From Wallemia ichthyophaga EXF-994 (Eukaryota > Fungi > Basidiomycota): a stretch of DNA of 124,000 nucleotides. The stretch is from contig NW_008806281.1 of NCBI RefSeq assembly GCF_000400465.1, positions 20,001 to 144,000 of the forward strand, given 5' to 3'. Below are positions 28,801 through 41,232 of the stretch, piece after piece. A program made the position numbers and the translations under genes. Below the pieces are notes generated by a model. That model made no database searches, had not been told where the DNA came from, and saw only the letters and a list, made by a program, of their open reading frames with translations. Numbering within the stretch: the stretch's first letter is position 1; each line of letters starts with the position of its first letter.

Positions 28801-29139
28801 AGTCGATTTCAAAGACGAGCTGCTCTTTCGTCTATCACAAGACGCTTCCTTGATTTCTAATTTATTACCGGATTGAAGTGATCCTGGATCTACAGTTTTC
28901 CGTCTGGGTTGCATTGGTAGATTGTGACCTCTAGGTGGTTGATGAAGATGAGTTTCAGGGATTTGGAGTCGGGAAGCAGAGTGTGAATGGATTTGCACAC
29001 AAAAAGAGCTAGCTGACAAACCCTGTACATCTCTCGCAGTCTTTGATTCATTCACAGGGTATCCCTCTGACGCAACCTTGACGTACAGGAAAATCTCAGA
29101 TAAGGCAGGAAGATGATAAGTGCTCATCTCTGCATACAC
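25895..29139 (-). CDS. Large orphan coiled-coil / low-complexity protein (multi-exon or partly disrupted)
   Basis: Consecutive long minus-strand ORFs with K/E/Q heptad-rich and S/K-rich segments; no family motif recognised. Confidence 0.5.
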
Positions 29140-29227
29140 AAAGAAAAAAAAAACCTAGAAAACCTATGCATAAATATGGATAAATAAAATGTTCAAAATA
29201 TTCTAGGTTGGAGAGTGCAAAAATATT

Positions 29228-29300
29228 AGCCCCACGCGGGGCTCGAACCCGCAGCCTTGTGATTAAGAGTCACACGCTCTACCGATTGAGCTAGCAAGGC
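29228..29300 (-). tRNA. tRNA-Lys(CTT), copy 1
   Basis: Cloverleaf GCCTTGC...CT-CTT-AA...TTCGAGC...GTGGGGCT followed by a T-tract. Confidence 0.95.
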
Positions 29301-29723
29301 TTGTTGACAGCAAGCTTCTATTAAGTTATATTATTGTATTTATATAGGCTTCTCAAATTTTTTTGATAAATTCACATCGCAAATGCTTTTGTTGTTGTTA
29401 AACAGACTTTCAGTTGTTGAAATATTTGATTTCCGATTACATAATCCCGACTTACTAGTCATAAAATTGACTAAGATGCACAATTAGTTAAGCCAGAGAG
29501 CAAGATCTCTCTCTACGAGTTTGGTATAGATAGGCGAAGATCAACAATCGTTGTACCGCTTTTGACTATACTTTACGGTTTCTTAAAATATTAAGAAAAA
29601 GACAATAAGGTGTAACGAGCAATTCCGAAATGTATTTGAATTACAATTAATAAATATATACATAAATTCATTTTATGATGAGCAGAGAAGGTGAGTATTC
29701 TAGCCACGCATCTCGCCAGCTCT

Positions 29724-30882
29724 TTACAATTCAAAGAGAGCGTTAGTATTCATGTGTGCGGCATTAGCGACTATATGCAAAGGTAATTCCTTCGCACAAG
29801 CTATGAGATGAGCGATGAGGGGGAGATAACCAGGTTCGTTGCGACCCTTAACGGGTGCTTCCTCACTCCACTTTTCCTTCTTGAGCGGAGGGTTAAGCTT
29901 GAAGAAGTCGTCAAGAGTATCAATGTGCTCGTGCATAGCGTGAGTAGATGAGACACCGCACCACGGAGCATCAGTTTCGATCATGAGTCTGTCGAGTGGA
30001 ACAGCCTTGGCTACTTGGATACTTTCTTCTGTCTTAAGACTACATCCATTCAGACCAATATATAGACCCATTTTGACCTGAGGTGGGTTGAAGTGTGAGT
30101 AGCGAGTTGCGCGTGTATATCTCAGCTACTCACTAATTCGTGCATCTCTTGAACAGTCCCAGTAAAAGAATGCACACAGCCTCGCGGTAGCTTGATTCCA
30201 CAGGTAGATTTGATGACCTTGACCAAATCACTGTGGCAGTTACGGGAGTGAAGGAACATAGGCATGTCCAGTCTCTGAGCTAGTTGTAGCTGTGCGGTGA
30301 AAGCCTCTATCTGTTTAGGTTTATCGCTACAGCGAGTGCGAGCGCGTGTAAGTGAGACATGAAAGAGGGAGCAAAAAAAAACAACACACGCGAAATGCAA
30401 CCTGTCCCAATCAAGACCACACTCACCCACAGCCACTACCCTCTTCCCTCTGACGGCGCCTCTGTATCGGTTATCGGAGATGAACTGCTCGAGTTGGGTG
30501 ATGTATCCGTCGACGAATTCATTTGAGCGGGTAGGATGTAGACCAGCTGTGGAGAAGTACGCGAAGTCACTGAACTGAGTAGCGAGGTTATGTGCTTCGA
30601 CGCTTTCTTCTAGATTACCGCCGGTGAGCATGGCGCCATCGACACCAACCCTGTGAGCTCTCTCCACCACGGCTTTTAGATCGTCCGGATGAGATTGCTT
30701 GGATCTATAAACACCGCGGAACATGCTGTCCGCGAGATTGAGGCCGATGTCTTGTGTGTCACGGTCGTCAGCAGTGAGATATCACCGACGGGAGCATCAA
30801 ACACACCGATGAACCTCAGTTCCGATAGAGAATCTAATTGTAATTGCCTTATTTGGCGCTTGAGTGCTTCCATCTTGTCCAT
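29724..30882 (-). CDS. TATDN1: TatD-family DNase
   Basis: DIGLNL, TAGLHPT, GECGLD, FLHSR, HSFTG, IETDAPW, NEP. Confidence 0.93.
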
Positions 30883-30924
30883 TGTGCACTCGAGTTGAGA
30901 GTCAACGACCAAGAGCCCCGAGAA

Positions 30925-31917
30925 ATGTCATGGTTCAAACGATCTGCACAGAATTATATCCCTCAAGCAGGTGAAGACCGTATGCGGAACGAGCTGCTTG
31001 GTGGTGACGGCACGCAAGCGCAAGCGCAAGCACTAGCTGATGAGGAAGACGCTGCAAGTATGCGCCCGCCCTCGTACACAACAGTAGATAAGGGTGGCGA
31101 TGCAGCTGACGACGCAGCGCGTAGTGAGTTGTTCAGCGGCGCACCGCCACGCACAGCCCAGCGCAATCAGGGCGGTGGAATCACCAACTCTGCCCAAGGT
31201 CTCGATGAGGAGCAACACACAGCCAATGAAGATGAGGACGTCGAGGCTATTAAGCAGCAGACTCGATTCGTTAAGGAGGATAGTAGAGAGAGTACGAGGA
31301 ATGCACTACGTATCGCACGCGAGACTGAGGATAATGCTGCTAATACCATGATGAAATTGGGTGACCAATCAGAGCGTGTCGCTGACACTGAACGTCATCT
31401 CGATCTCGCTAAAGCACACGCTAATCGCGCAGAAGATAAGGGGAAAGAACTCAAGAAACTAAACCGGTCCATCTTCAGGCCTGTCATGTCGTGGCAGACG
31501 GATAGGAGGAGACGCGAAGTTCAGCAGCGCATTGAAGATAGACACGAAACTGAGCGTGAGGAGAGGGAAAAAGCACACGTGGATGTCTTTACATCGAGGA
31601 AGAGGGTTGATAACGTATTGGATCCTCAGAAAAGAGGATTCGGTGGTTTTGGAAGGAAAAAGCCTGAGCAGTCGTCGACGGTGGAGAGATCCAAGTACCA
31701 GTTCGAAGCGACAGCGAGTGATGACGAATTGGAAGACGAAATTGATGGAAATCTCAACGATATCAATCAGGCAGTCGGCAATCTCAAGCGATTCGCTATA
31801 GCCTCCGGCGAAGAAGTCGGTACACAGAACGATAGGCTGGACGACATCCACAACAAGGCTGGTAAACTGGATGACAAGATATTCAGAAACACTCAGAAAC
31901 TCAAGAAGATCAATTGA
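30925..31917 (+). CDS. SEC9: t-SNARE Sec9 / SNAP-25 homolog
   Basis: Two SNARE coiled coils, KLKKLNRSIF, QNDRLDDI. Confidence 0.9.
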   Translation: MSWFKRSAQNYIPQAGEDRMRNELLGGDGTQAQAQALADEEDAASMRPPSYTTVDKGGDAADDAARSELFSGAPPRTAQRNQGGGITNSAQGLDEEQHTANEDEDVEAIKQQTRFVKEDSRESTRNALRIARETEDNAANTMMKLGDQSERVADTERHLDLAKAHANRAEDKGKELKKLNRSIFRPVMSWQTDRRRREVQQRIEDRHETEREEREKAHVDVFTSRKRVDNVLDPQKRGFGGFGRKKPEQSSTVERSKYQFEATASDDELEDEIDGNLNDINQAVGNLKRFAIASGEEVGTQNDRLDDIHNKAGKLDDKIFRNTQKLKKIN

Positions 31918-32014
31918 AATGGCTGTAATTATACGAATTTTCACATGGACAATCATCACAACCAAGAATAAATACCAACAAGGGACATGAAATCAAGGGA
32001 GCAAACTAACAAAT

Positions 32015-32483
32015 TTACTTCTTTGAAACCTTACCAATTTCCTCGACGTTGAGGGCTGCAATGAGTGGTCAGTGAGGGTTATTCCAGACTCGTCAAGGAG
32101 CGATCTTCGTTCGCTATTCAGAGCCGGTGTGATTGTCGTAAAGAGCAACACATAGTCCCCTCTTAGAGTTGAATAGTGCGAAAAGCACATCGCCCTGACA
32201 AGCCGAATATTACTCACTTGGTGGAAGAGATTGCTTGAGCTTCTCCGCCTTCTCGCCGTCAGAGACGACAAGAGTGTAGAGGTAGCGTGAGCAACGGATC
32301 TTGAACTTGGTAAGTTGAGCTGCCTCGCCCTTGCTACCAACGGTGTTGGTCTTCTTGATGCGGGCTGAGCGAGCATCCTTACGACGAGCGATTTCGAGGA
32401 AGTTCTTGATGTCCTTGATCTGTGGCGTGCGCATTAGAATGCTATGTGTACAACGTGTCCTGTCTGCTCACTTCTTGTGGCAT
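32015..32483 (-). CDS. RPL38: 60S ribosomal protein L38 (3 exons)
   Basis: MPQE|[16 protein letters not shown]...[13 protein letters not shown]...KLKQSLPP|TLNVEEI. Confidence 0.96.
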
Positions 32484-32810
32484 TTTTAAAATTGCTCGTG
32501 GTCGTACACAGGGAAGTCACGGTCGTAAGATTTGAGGGGATGGATTAGATGAATTTTTTGTGCAGGCGGTGAGGCGGCGTGGTGGTGTATATATCTTTAT
32601 GTAATATAAATATATGTTAATATCCTTAAGTGCTTTATTGCTTGATACAGTGCACCGTTCACGATTACAGATGGAAATGGAGGTTGATGAGATGACAGCG
32701 AGATAAACACTGCCAGCTCACCGTCAGCATAAGAATACACCGCCAGTCACTCTGAAATCTCACTTGATTCCCTGCTTCGAATCTCCATTTCTATCTTTAT
32801 CGCCACCACC

Positions 32811-33224
32811 ATGCAGCGCACAATCGCAAGGCTAGCTACTACGAAAGCTACAGTACTACCTCCGCCTACTCTCCCACACTTTCATCAAAAGGTACAGCTA
32901 TCTGATGGCTCGACGATAACAATGTTCACAACGTCGCCGAGATCTGTGATAAAGTCATCCAAGGACACAGGCAACCACGCCGTCTGGAATCCACAGAGCG
33001 TGAAGCTTACCACGGAAGACGAGTCTGGCAGATTGACCAGATTCGCAAAGAGATTCGGTCTCGAGGCAGATGACGGGCCAGAGAAGGGCAGGCTCGAGAG
33101 ACAGATGGCTTTGGGTGGATTCGGCGACCAGGACCTCGAGAATATCGACAGAGAGGCCACAGAGTCTGAAAAGAAGATACAGGCTAAACCAGAACACAAG
33201 CCAGCACCAAAGAAAAAGAAGTAG
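32811..33224 (+). CDS. MRPL36: Mitochondrial ribosomal protein bL31m
   Basis: QLSDGSTI..FTTSPR...KDTGNHAVWNP...GRLTRFAKRF. Confidence 0.8.
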   Translation: MQRTIARLATTKATVLPPPTLPHFHQKVQLSDGSTITMFTTSPRSVIKSSKDTGNHAVWNPQSVKLTTEDESGRLTRFAKRFGLEADDGPEKGRLERQMALGGFGDQDLENIDREATESEKKIQAKPEHKPAPKKKK

Positions 33225-33283
33225 TTGCGCAATTAACTTATTAATACACTAGAGATACATGAGATTGCAAAAACAGTTTGAAT

Positions 33284-34162
33284 TTAAATGGACTTGGGTA
33301 ATTTCTCCTTCCACGCAGTCTCCACGACTTCCATTGTGCGGTAGATGAGATAGAGACCGCGAAAGCTGAGGACGTCCTTATCTCCGTCGACATATGCTTT
33401 GTTCTTGACGCAGTCGAGGTACGGGATCGTTGTGGGGAACTTGAACGATTTTGAGCCGTGTGAGCCATCCAAACGTCTCAACATGGCCTGCTGAATGGAG
33501 TTCCACCTGATTTTATAGTGAGTGGGTTAGCTGGATATTCTAAAAGCCACCTACCATTCGACATGTGCAGCTCTATCGTAATCGCCCTCGTGCTTATTTG
33601 ACATCATAAGATCTTGTGCGATGAGAATTCTTCTAGCCTCCATTTGCCTAGTCTGGTGTAACTTGGCAAGACGTCTGTAGTAGTGTGTCGGCATAGAGTC
33701 AGCGTCTGCATCGCTGAGATTCTCTATGTCAGATTCGAGCGTCAGGGTAGATATCTTTACAGCATCACCTTCCCAGCCCAATTTGGCAGCCACAGCGTAT
33801 GCTCTCAATGGCTCACTGAAAGCATGGTAGAGCAGATCAGCGCGCATCATGTTGAGCACCTTATCGCTGTCGAATTTGAGGGCCAAACAAATGACGGATT
33901 TGATATGATCGATGTTTTTAAATTCGATGGATTGATTTGTGATTATCTGCAATAACGGTTTGAGCTCTGTGGAAGACTCATGCATGTGGATAACTCTGTC
34001 ATCGCCGGCGTTAGATGGCTGCGGGAGATCAAACAAGCTGTTCCAAAAGGCTGAGGTGTTTGATAGGAGCTGGTAGTCAAGATTGAAGTGCACGGAATCG
34101 GAAGTAATTAAGCAGCAATTTCTATCGCCAAGATTATGGCTAAAATCGCTGTCGGTGGTCAT
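33284..34162 (-). CDS. BTB/POZ-domain protein
   Basis: LITSDSVHF...S.FWNSLFDLPQP...ALKFD, typical fungal BTB start. Confidence 0.7.
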
Positions 34163-34595
34163 GGTTAGAGTACAAGAGTATTCGTTTGTGTTTTCCAAAT
34201 TAAGTAGTCTGCATTTAGAAGTTTGGATGATCCGGGTGAGTTGTTGGAGTAAAACAGTGGGAAAAGACGGAGAGAGGATCAGTGATTGTGTCTAAGTAGA
34301 CCCACTCAATTCATTACAAGCACGCCTCAAAATACTCCCATCGATTTAGCCGATTTGATGCAAATTTTACGCAGGAAATGCAGGAACAATTAATCAAACG
34401 GAGACTTATAGGGTATTGCCTATGCGATATTAAATCTTATAATTCATACTACTGGTCTATGTCTTTGACTTGTTTTACTAACTCTACGTGTTGCAGCGAG
34501 TGATCTGCAGATATCGGATTAAGGTTCAAATGATCACAAGATAATTTCAATCTGCGTTGCACGAAACAATCATCATCTAAATTTTATTTATTAAA

Positions 34596-35878
34596 ATGCC
34601 AATCCCAGTCGAGAGCCTAACGCACTCCAGCGATGAATATATCCACATCCCGCTATCCTCTCTGAAAAAGGCTACAATTAGATCTTCCAGGTGTGTCTGG
34701 TATCTGGAGATAGCCTTGTATATCTGCTAACACCTCCCAGTGATTTCCGCAGCGATGTCGTTACCGTGCCCACCCCTGAAGTACTCGAAGCTATGGTAAA
34801 CGCTACTTTCCACGATGAAATCTACGAAGGCGATGCGACTATTGCTGCACTTGAATCTAAAATGGCTAAAATGGCTGGAAAGGAGGCTGCAATGTGGGTT
34901 GTATCTGGCACGCAGGTGAGTTGAGTGATTTCCCATATAGTTCCAGCCATCTAACGCAGTTTGATCCAGGCTAATCAAATATCCCTACGTACCCATCTCC
35001 ATCAGCCTCCTCACTCCATCCTCTGCGACCATAGGGCTCACATCTACTGCTGGGAATCTGGCGCAATCTCCGTTCTTTCACAAGCCCAATGTACTCCTGT
35101 TATACCACGCAACAGGCGTCATCTTACAGTACACGACATAGCTCATTCTATGATACCAGATGGGAATATCCACTTTGCACCTACAAAAGTTATATCTCTC
35201 GAAAATACGTTGTCTGGTACAATTCTCCCGCTTGCTGAGGCACAGAGAATTAGGCAATACGCACTCAATCACCCTAACAAACCAAAGATGCACTTAGACG
35301 GCGCCAGGCTGTTCGATGCCGTCGTCGCTGAAGGTGTTAGCCTGACTGATTACTGCGATAACTTTGACAGCGTGAGCTTATGTATACAGAAAGGTACTGG
35401 TGCGCCTGTAGGATCCATGATTGTTGGCGACAAGCCTTTCATCGATAGGGCCAAATGGTACAGGAAAATGTTCGGTGGTGGTGCGAGACAACCGGGTATG
35501 CTGGCTGCTGCAGGGATTGCAGCTCTCGACCAAGCTCTACCACTCATAGCACTCACGCAACACAAGGCAAAATTAGTATCAGAATATCTCACAATGGAAC
35601 TGGGGCTAAAATTATCAGTACCCACCGAAACCAATATGATTGTGTTGGATTTGGAAGAGGCAGGTATCCCGCCGCGCGTTTTTAGACACCGCCTCTTCCA
35701 GTTCGGAGTTAGAGTGTTCGATCAGGGTAGACTCGTGTTCCACAACCAAATATCAGACCAGGGCGTGTCGGCGCTGTGTCAGGGCGTGAAGTCACTCGTG
35801 ATTGATGCCAGAATACCCAATAAGTTGGATCAACTGGATCAGGAGATAGAGTATACTGAATCACTGTCTCAAAACTAA
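34596..35878 (+). CDS. GLY1: Low-specificity L-threonine aldolase
   Basis: DFRSDVVT, SGTQAN, SLENT, HLDGARLF, SLCIQKGTGAPVGS, GGGARQ. Confidence 0.93.
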
Positions 35879-36046
35879 TAGGATAAGCGATTTCTTTGTT
35901 TTTCATAGATTATTAATGTTTAACGATTTTATGTTATGGAGACACATAGTGTATGTGTGCCTTGTTTGTACGTCGTGTATGCTGCTTGTGTCTCGTGCGT
36001 GCCGCGTGTATGCCGTGGCTTCACCTCTTACAATATCACCACCACC

Positions 36047-39000
36047 ATGCTCGATGATTTCGTACAGCACCCGAACGAAGCGAGCGGAGTAAAATCCCAG
36101 AAGATGGTAGATGATAATGGCTGGCAATCAGATCCAAACGTGCAGGCGAGTGCGTCATCTCAGCGTGTTCCCTGGCTAACAGCACAGCAGTTGCTGGAGA
36201 TAGAGCACCAAGCCCCGCAAGAAGCTGGAGATGGAATGTTTGAGCTTACGCAGGTTCAATTCACTCCGCCGTCGCACATTGTTCATCTCACCGTTATCAA
36301 CAACTTGATATACATTCTCCTCGAATCGGCGCAGATACTGCGAATAAATCTGCTGCAGGCGGATGTGATAGACAGCATACAGGTGCAAGTACAGGCTATC
36401 TCTCCCAGTGCACGCATCTACGCAGACGCTTCACTCAGGCACTTGCTCCTGGTAGACACCACCGTGCACTACATCCAACCAGACAACAAACGCTCGAAGC
36501 AGCTCCCCAAGATGTCCAAACTCACGCCCAGCTGTGTTCATTTCGTCAACTCGAGGCAGTCGCTCTCCTCGGCTCTTGTTCTCGCAGGCACAGCCGAAGG
36601 CTCAGTGTATCAGGCAGTGATCAACCCAAATCCCTCAGATATTTTCAGAAAGAATAGCGAAGAGCGCCACCTGAAGCAACTTTTCTCGTTCAATGAACCC
36701 ATCGTCGAAATCAATTCACATGTCTACCCAGACCGCAAGAGTGCTCTCGCGATAGTAGTCACCAGATCGCGACTGTACACGTTCATAGGACCATTCGGTA
36801 AGATAGACAATGATGGTGGTGTTGGCCTCGAGACGGTTTTCTCACAGTCGCCCTTCTCCATAAAGATCACAGACGGTGCAGATGCAGGTGCGCATACACA
36901 TACACTTGAGTCGCATGCATCTTTCTACTACAACACCACCAATCGCAGCCCACACACGCACAGCCCGCGCGCTCTGTCGTGGCTATGCGACAGATCGCTC
37001 TACAACGCGTGGCTGGACACGGAGACGCGTAATGCGGAGAAAGTTTGCGCAGGTGCGACGCTCACAGAGGTAGAGGGCGGAGTGCGAGGGGTGCTTCTCA
37101 CCGCATACCACTGTCTATGTCTGTACAATGGCGCGATCAAGGCATACCGCATTCTCGACGGGGCCGTTGTGTGGGATGAGCAAATACCCAAGGGTATTAG
37201 GGGGATGGCGCGCGACAATTTCCACCACACACTCTGGCTTTACTCTGACGACGCCATTTACGAACTTACCATCACTGATGAAGACCGCGATATCTGGAAA
37301 GTCCATCTGTGTAAACGTGACTTTGAAAAGGCGTTGCGAAGCAGCAAGAGCGCCGTCGATCGTGATGTCATTCTCGGAAAGGAGGCTGATCTTTACTTTG
37401 CTCAAGGCAAGTTTATCCAATCGGCTCAGATTTACGCCCAGTCTACGTCTAAACCATTCGAGAGCGTTGTGCTGCAGTTTGTGGAGGTCGACGAACGCGA
37501 CGCTCTCAGATACTACCTAAGCGCTAGATTGGAACGCAGTAAGAAAACTGAATTGACTCAGCGAATGATGCTCGCTACGTGGTTGCTGGAAATATACCTC
37601 GATAAACTCAATCAGCTCGACGATCTTATTAGCGAAAATACCAACGAGGATGCAGAAAATGCCAGAATGGAATTAGAGATGATGATGGATGATGTCAAGG
37701 TGTTTATCAAAACGTATAAGCAGAATTTGGATAAGAATGTGGTATATAAAAGTCTCAAACTTCACGCTAGACTTGATTTGCTGCTTGAGTTTGCGACGTG
37801 CATCGACGATTACAAAGTCATACTCGAACAACACTCGTATCATTGCAGATGGCGAGATATACTGCATGTGCTGGCAGGACAGGTGGGTATTTATCAGCAC
37901 ATGCATTACCACTAAACAAGTCCACATAAGTCTGATCTCGAGCTTCACTACAAGTACGCACCAAGACTGCTGCGCGAGGCTACGCAGCATACCGTCGAGA
38001 TATGGAAGCGGGAGCCCAGACTAGATTTGAAGCGGCTGATACCATCTCTAATACAATGTGAGAAACTTTCCAAGGAGAGCAGAATGCATGCAACGAAGTA
38101 CATGGAATGGAAACTTGATTATGACAGCGTGGACGAACCTATAGCGTACAACGTGTACATTACACTACTCTCCAAAGACGAAGAAAGGGAAGAAGAGCTA
38201 GTAGAGTATCTCAAACGAACGACGACAGCTAGATTTGATATGGATTTCGCTCTCCGTCTGTTTCATAAACGTGGACTTAAGAGGGCTACAATACAGATGT
38301 ATGCGCTAATGGAGCTGTTCGACAGCAGCGTAGATCTTGCTATCGAGAGCGGAGATCTAGATTTAGCTACGGTGTATGCGGATAAACCGGCAGACGATCC
38401 AATCTTGCGCAAGAAATTATGGCTCAGGATAGCAAAGGTGATAGTGCAGGATCGGAGGGATATAAAGAGGTGTGTGTTTGAGAGTTTATACTATTTAACG
38501 AAACTAAATCACTCAGTGCGATGCAGTTCCTCGAAGGATCAGATGTGCTGCAGTTGGAAGACATACTTCCATTCTTCCCTTCGTTCGAAGTAGTGGATGA
38601 CTTTAAGGAGGAGATATGCAACGCATTGGATAGGTATTCATCGCGAATTGAGCAATTGTCGACGGAGATGGACGAGACAGGACATACATCACAACGCATC
38701 AAGGGTGATATGGATAAACTCAAGGATAGAAAAGTGGTCGTTGCTGCAGATGAGAAGTGCGCCATATCAGGGAAAGCGATAAGAGGGAGTGAATTTTACG
38801 TGTTCCCAACGCAGCGCGTGTATAGGGTGGATGCGCTGATCGAGAAGGTAGCGACATACGCAAAGCCAGAGACGCTACGGAGGATCGTAGAGTTGCAGGC
38901 GGAGATAGAGGGAGTGAAAAACATGCATCAAGCGAAACCAACCAAGGCAGGATTTAGTGGAGAGAGGCTTAGGGAGTTGGTGGTGCCTTCGACAATCAAT

Positions 39001-39159
39001 CAGATATTTAACACGAACAACAAGACATCTAAGAGGAAGGATGTGGTTAAGCTGCGGAAAGAGCTCGATGAGATACTGTCCAAGTCAGATCCGTTGGTGG
39101 AAGAGAGCGTGGTGAACGTAGACAAGCCATTCAGAAGGAATGAAAAGTGGGAGATATGA
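36047..39159 (+). CDS. VPS18: HOPS/CORVET subunit Vps18/Pep3
   Basis: Beta-propeller N-terminus, QRMMLATWLLEIYLDKLN, RKKLWLRIA, LEDILPFFP, C-terminal VDKPF. Confidence 0.93.
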
Positions 39160-39276
39160 AATGACGAATGAATAGCAAGAAAAAATAAAAATAAAACATT
39201 TTTATAATTTTTGACGTTTACCTGTGAAATATAAGTGTTGTGTTGTTGATCTCGTACCCTAAACGTGAAAGTGAAA

Positions 39277-41142
39277 ATGGATGAAGAATTATTCCCTGTG
39301 GCATTGCTGCTTGATGAATTGAAGTGGGTAGATAATCACTTTAACCAATTAGAAAGCTTAGAGCAATTACAGATCTGACGACGTTACATTGCGCCTAAAT
39401 GCTATTCACAGAATATCAACAATCGCTTTGGCACTTGGCCCAGAAAGAACGCGTGATGAGCTCATTCCTTTCTTGCAAGATTCCCTCGACGACGAAGATG
39501 AGGTTCTCCTCGCTTTAGCCGAGGAATTGGGATCTTTCACTGAGTACGTAGGTGGAAAGGAATACGCGCATGTAACGCTCTCACCGCTGGAGTCATTGGC
39601 TGGTATGGAAGAGACGCTTGTCAGGGATAAGGTGGGTTACTCTGGCGGTTTATACGCCAGCAGCTCACCCACACTCAAAAACAGGCTTCAGAATCCATAA
39701 ACAAAATCGCTACAGATTTGTCTAGCGAGCAGGTGGAGACTGACTACCTCCCACTTCTCCAACGACTTACCAATGGTGACTGGTTCACTCCACGTACCTC
39801 TGCTTGCGCTCTCTTCGCTTCAGTCTACCAAACCGCAAATGAAAGTACGCGCAATGAGCTCCGTGGACTTTTTAAGAAACTCACAAACGACGATACTCCA
39901 ATGGTTAGAAGATCCGCTGCTAAGAATCTTGCTGGTTTCATAAACGTCCTTGAGCCGAATGAAATTTTCTCTGAATTCATCGACGTTTATAAGAAATTAG
40001 CCATTGATGATCAAGACAGCGTTAGATTGCTCACCGTAGAAGCATTGATCACAATCATGAAGAAGCTAGACAAATCTCAAGTTAACTCTGAGCTCTTGCC
40101 TTGTGTTCGAGCTGCATGCAACGACGCTTCTTGGAGAGTTAGATTCATGGTTGGCCAGAAGTTTGTTGAAATGGCTGAATGCGTCAATCAAGATATCATT
40201 CGTGATGAATTGGTACAGGCTTTCGTTAACTTGTTAAAGGATAATGAGGCAGAAGTTAGAACTGCGTCCGCTTCTCAAATACCTGGCGTCGCTAAATTTG
40301 TTGATCAAGAAATAGTTTTGGCAAAGATATTGCCCGTTGTGAGAGATATTGCAGGTGATCAATCACAACATGTTAGAGCAGCCGTTGCGAATGAATTATC
40401 AGGATTAGCACCATTATTGGGTAAAGATGAAACAGTTGAAAACGTTTTACCAATTTTCCTTCAACTTTTGAAAGATGAATTCCCAGATGTTAGATTAAAC
40501 ATCATTTCAAGACTTGATAAGGTGAATGATGTGATTGGTATTGATTACCTTTCAAAGGCATTACTACCCGCAATCTTTGAGTTAGCAGAAGATAAACAAT
40601 GGAGAGTTAGACAAGCAATAATTGAGTATATACCACTTTTAGCAAAACAATTAGGCGTAGAATTCTTCAATGAGCAATTGGGTAACCTTTGCATGTCATG
40701 GTTGGGTGATACAGTATTCTCAATAAGAGATGCAGCGACTATAAACTTAAAAAATTTGACAGAAGTGTTTGGATCAGATTGGGCATCACAAACGGTAGTA
40801 CCAAAGGTGGTAGCAATGGGAAATCACTCCAACTACTTATACAGAATGACGACAGTATTTGCGATAACGACAATGTCACCTGCATTACAACCAAAAGTGA
40901 TTCAAGAGCAAATATTAACGATAATATTATCATTAACGACAGATGCAATTCCAAATGTTCGATTCAACGTTGCAAAATGTTTAGAAGTATTGAGTGGAAA
41001 CCTACAACAAACACCAGAAGGACAAGAAGTAATCCAAAGAGAAATTTTACCTGCGGTGGACAAGCTGAAAGAGGATCCAGATGCAGATGTGAGGTACTTC
41101 TCAAATAAAGCAATTGAGTCAATTACAGGTGTTAAAAACTAA
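39277..41142 (+). CDS. TPD3: PP2A scaffold subunit A (HEAT repeats)
   Basis: [53 protein letters not shown]. Confidence 0.97.
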
Positions 41143-41232
41143 TTATAATTGTAATTAACGATTTAACTTTTTTATTTGATTGAGTCATCGAGTCATCATC
41201 TAGTTATTGAGTCTGTCAATACCGTGATCACA

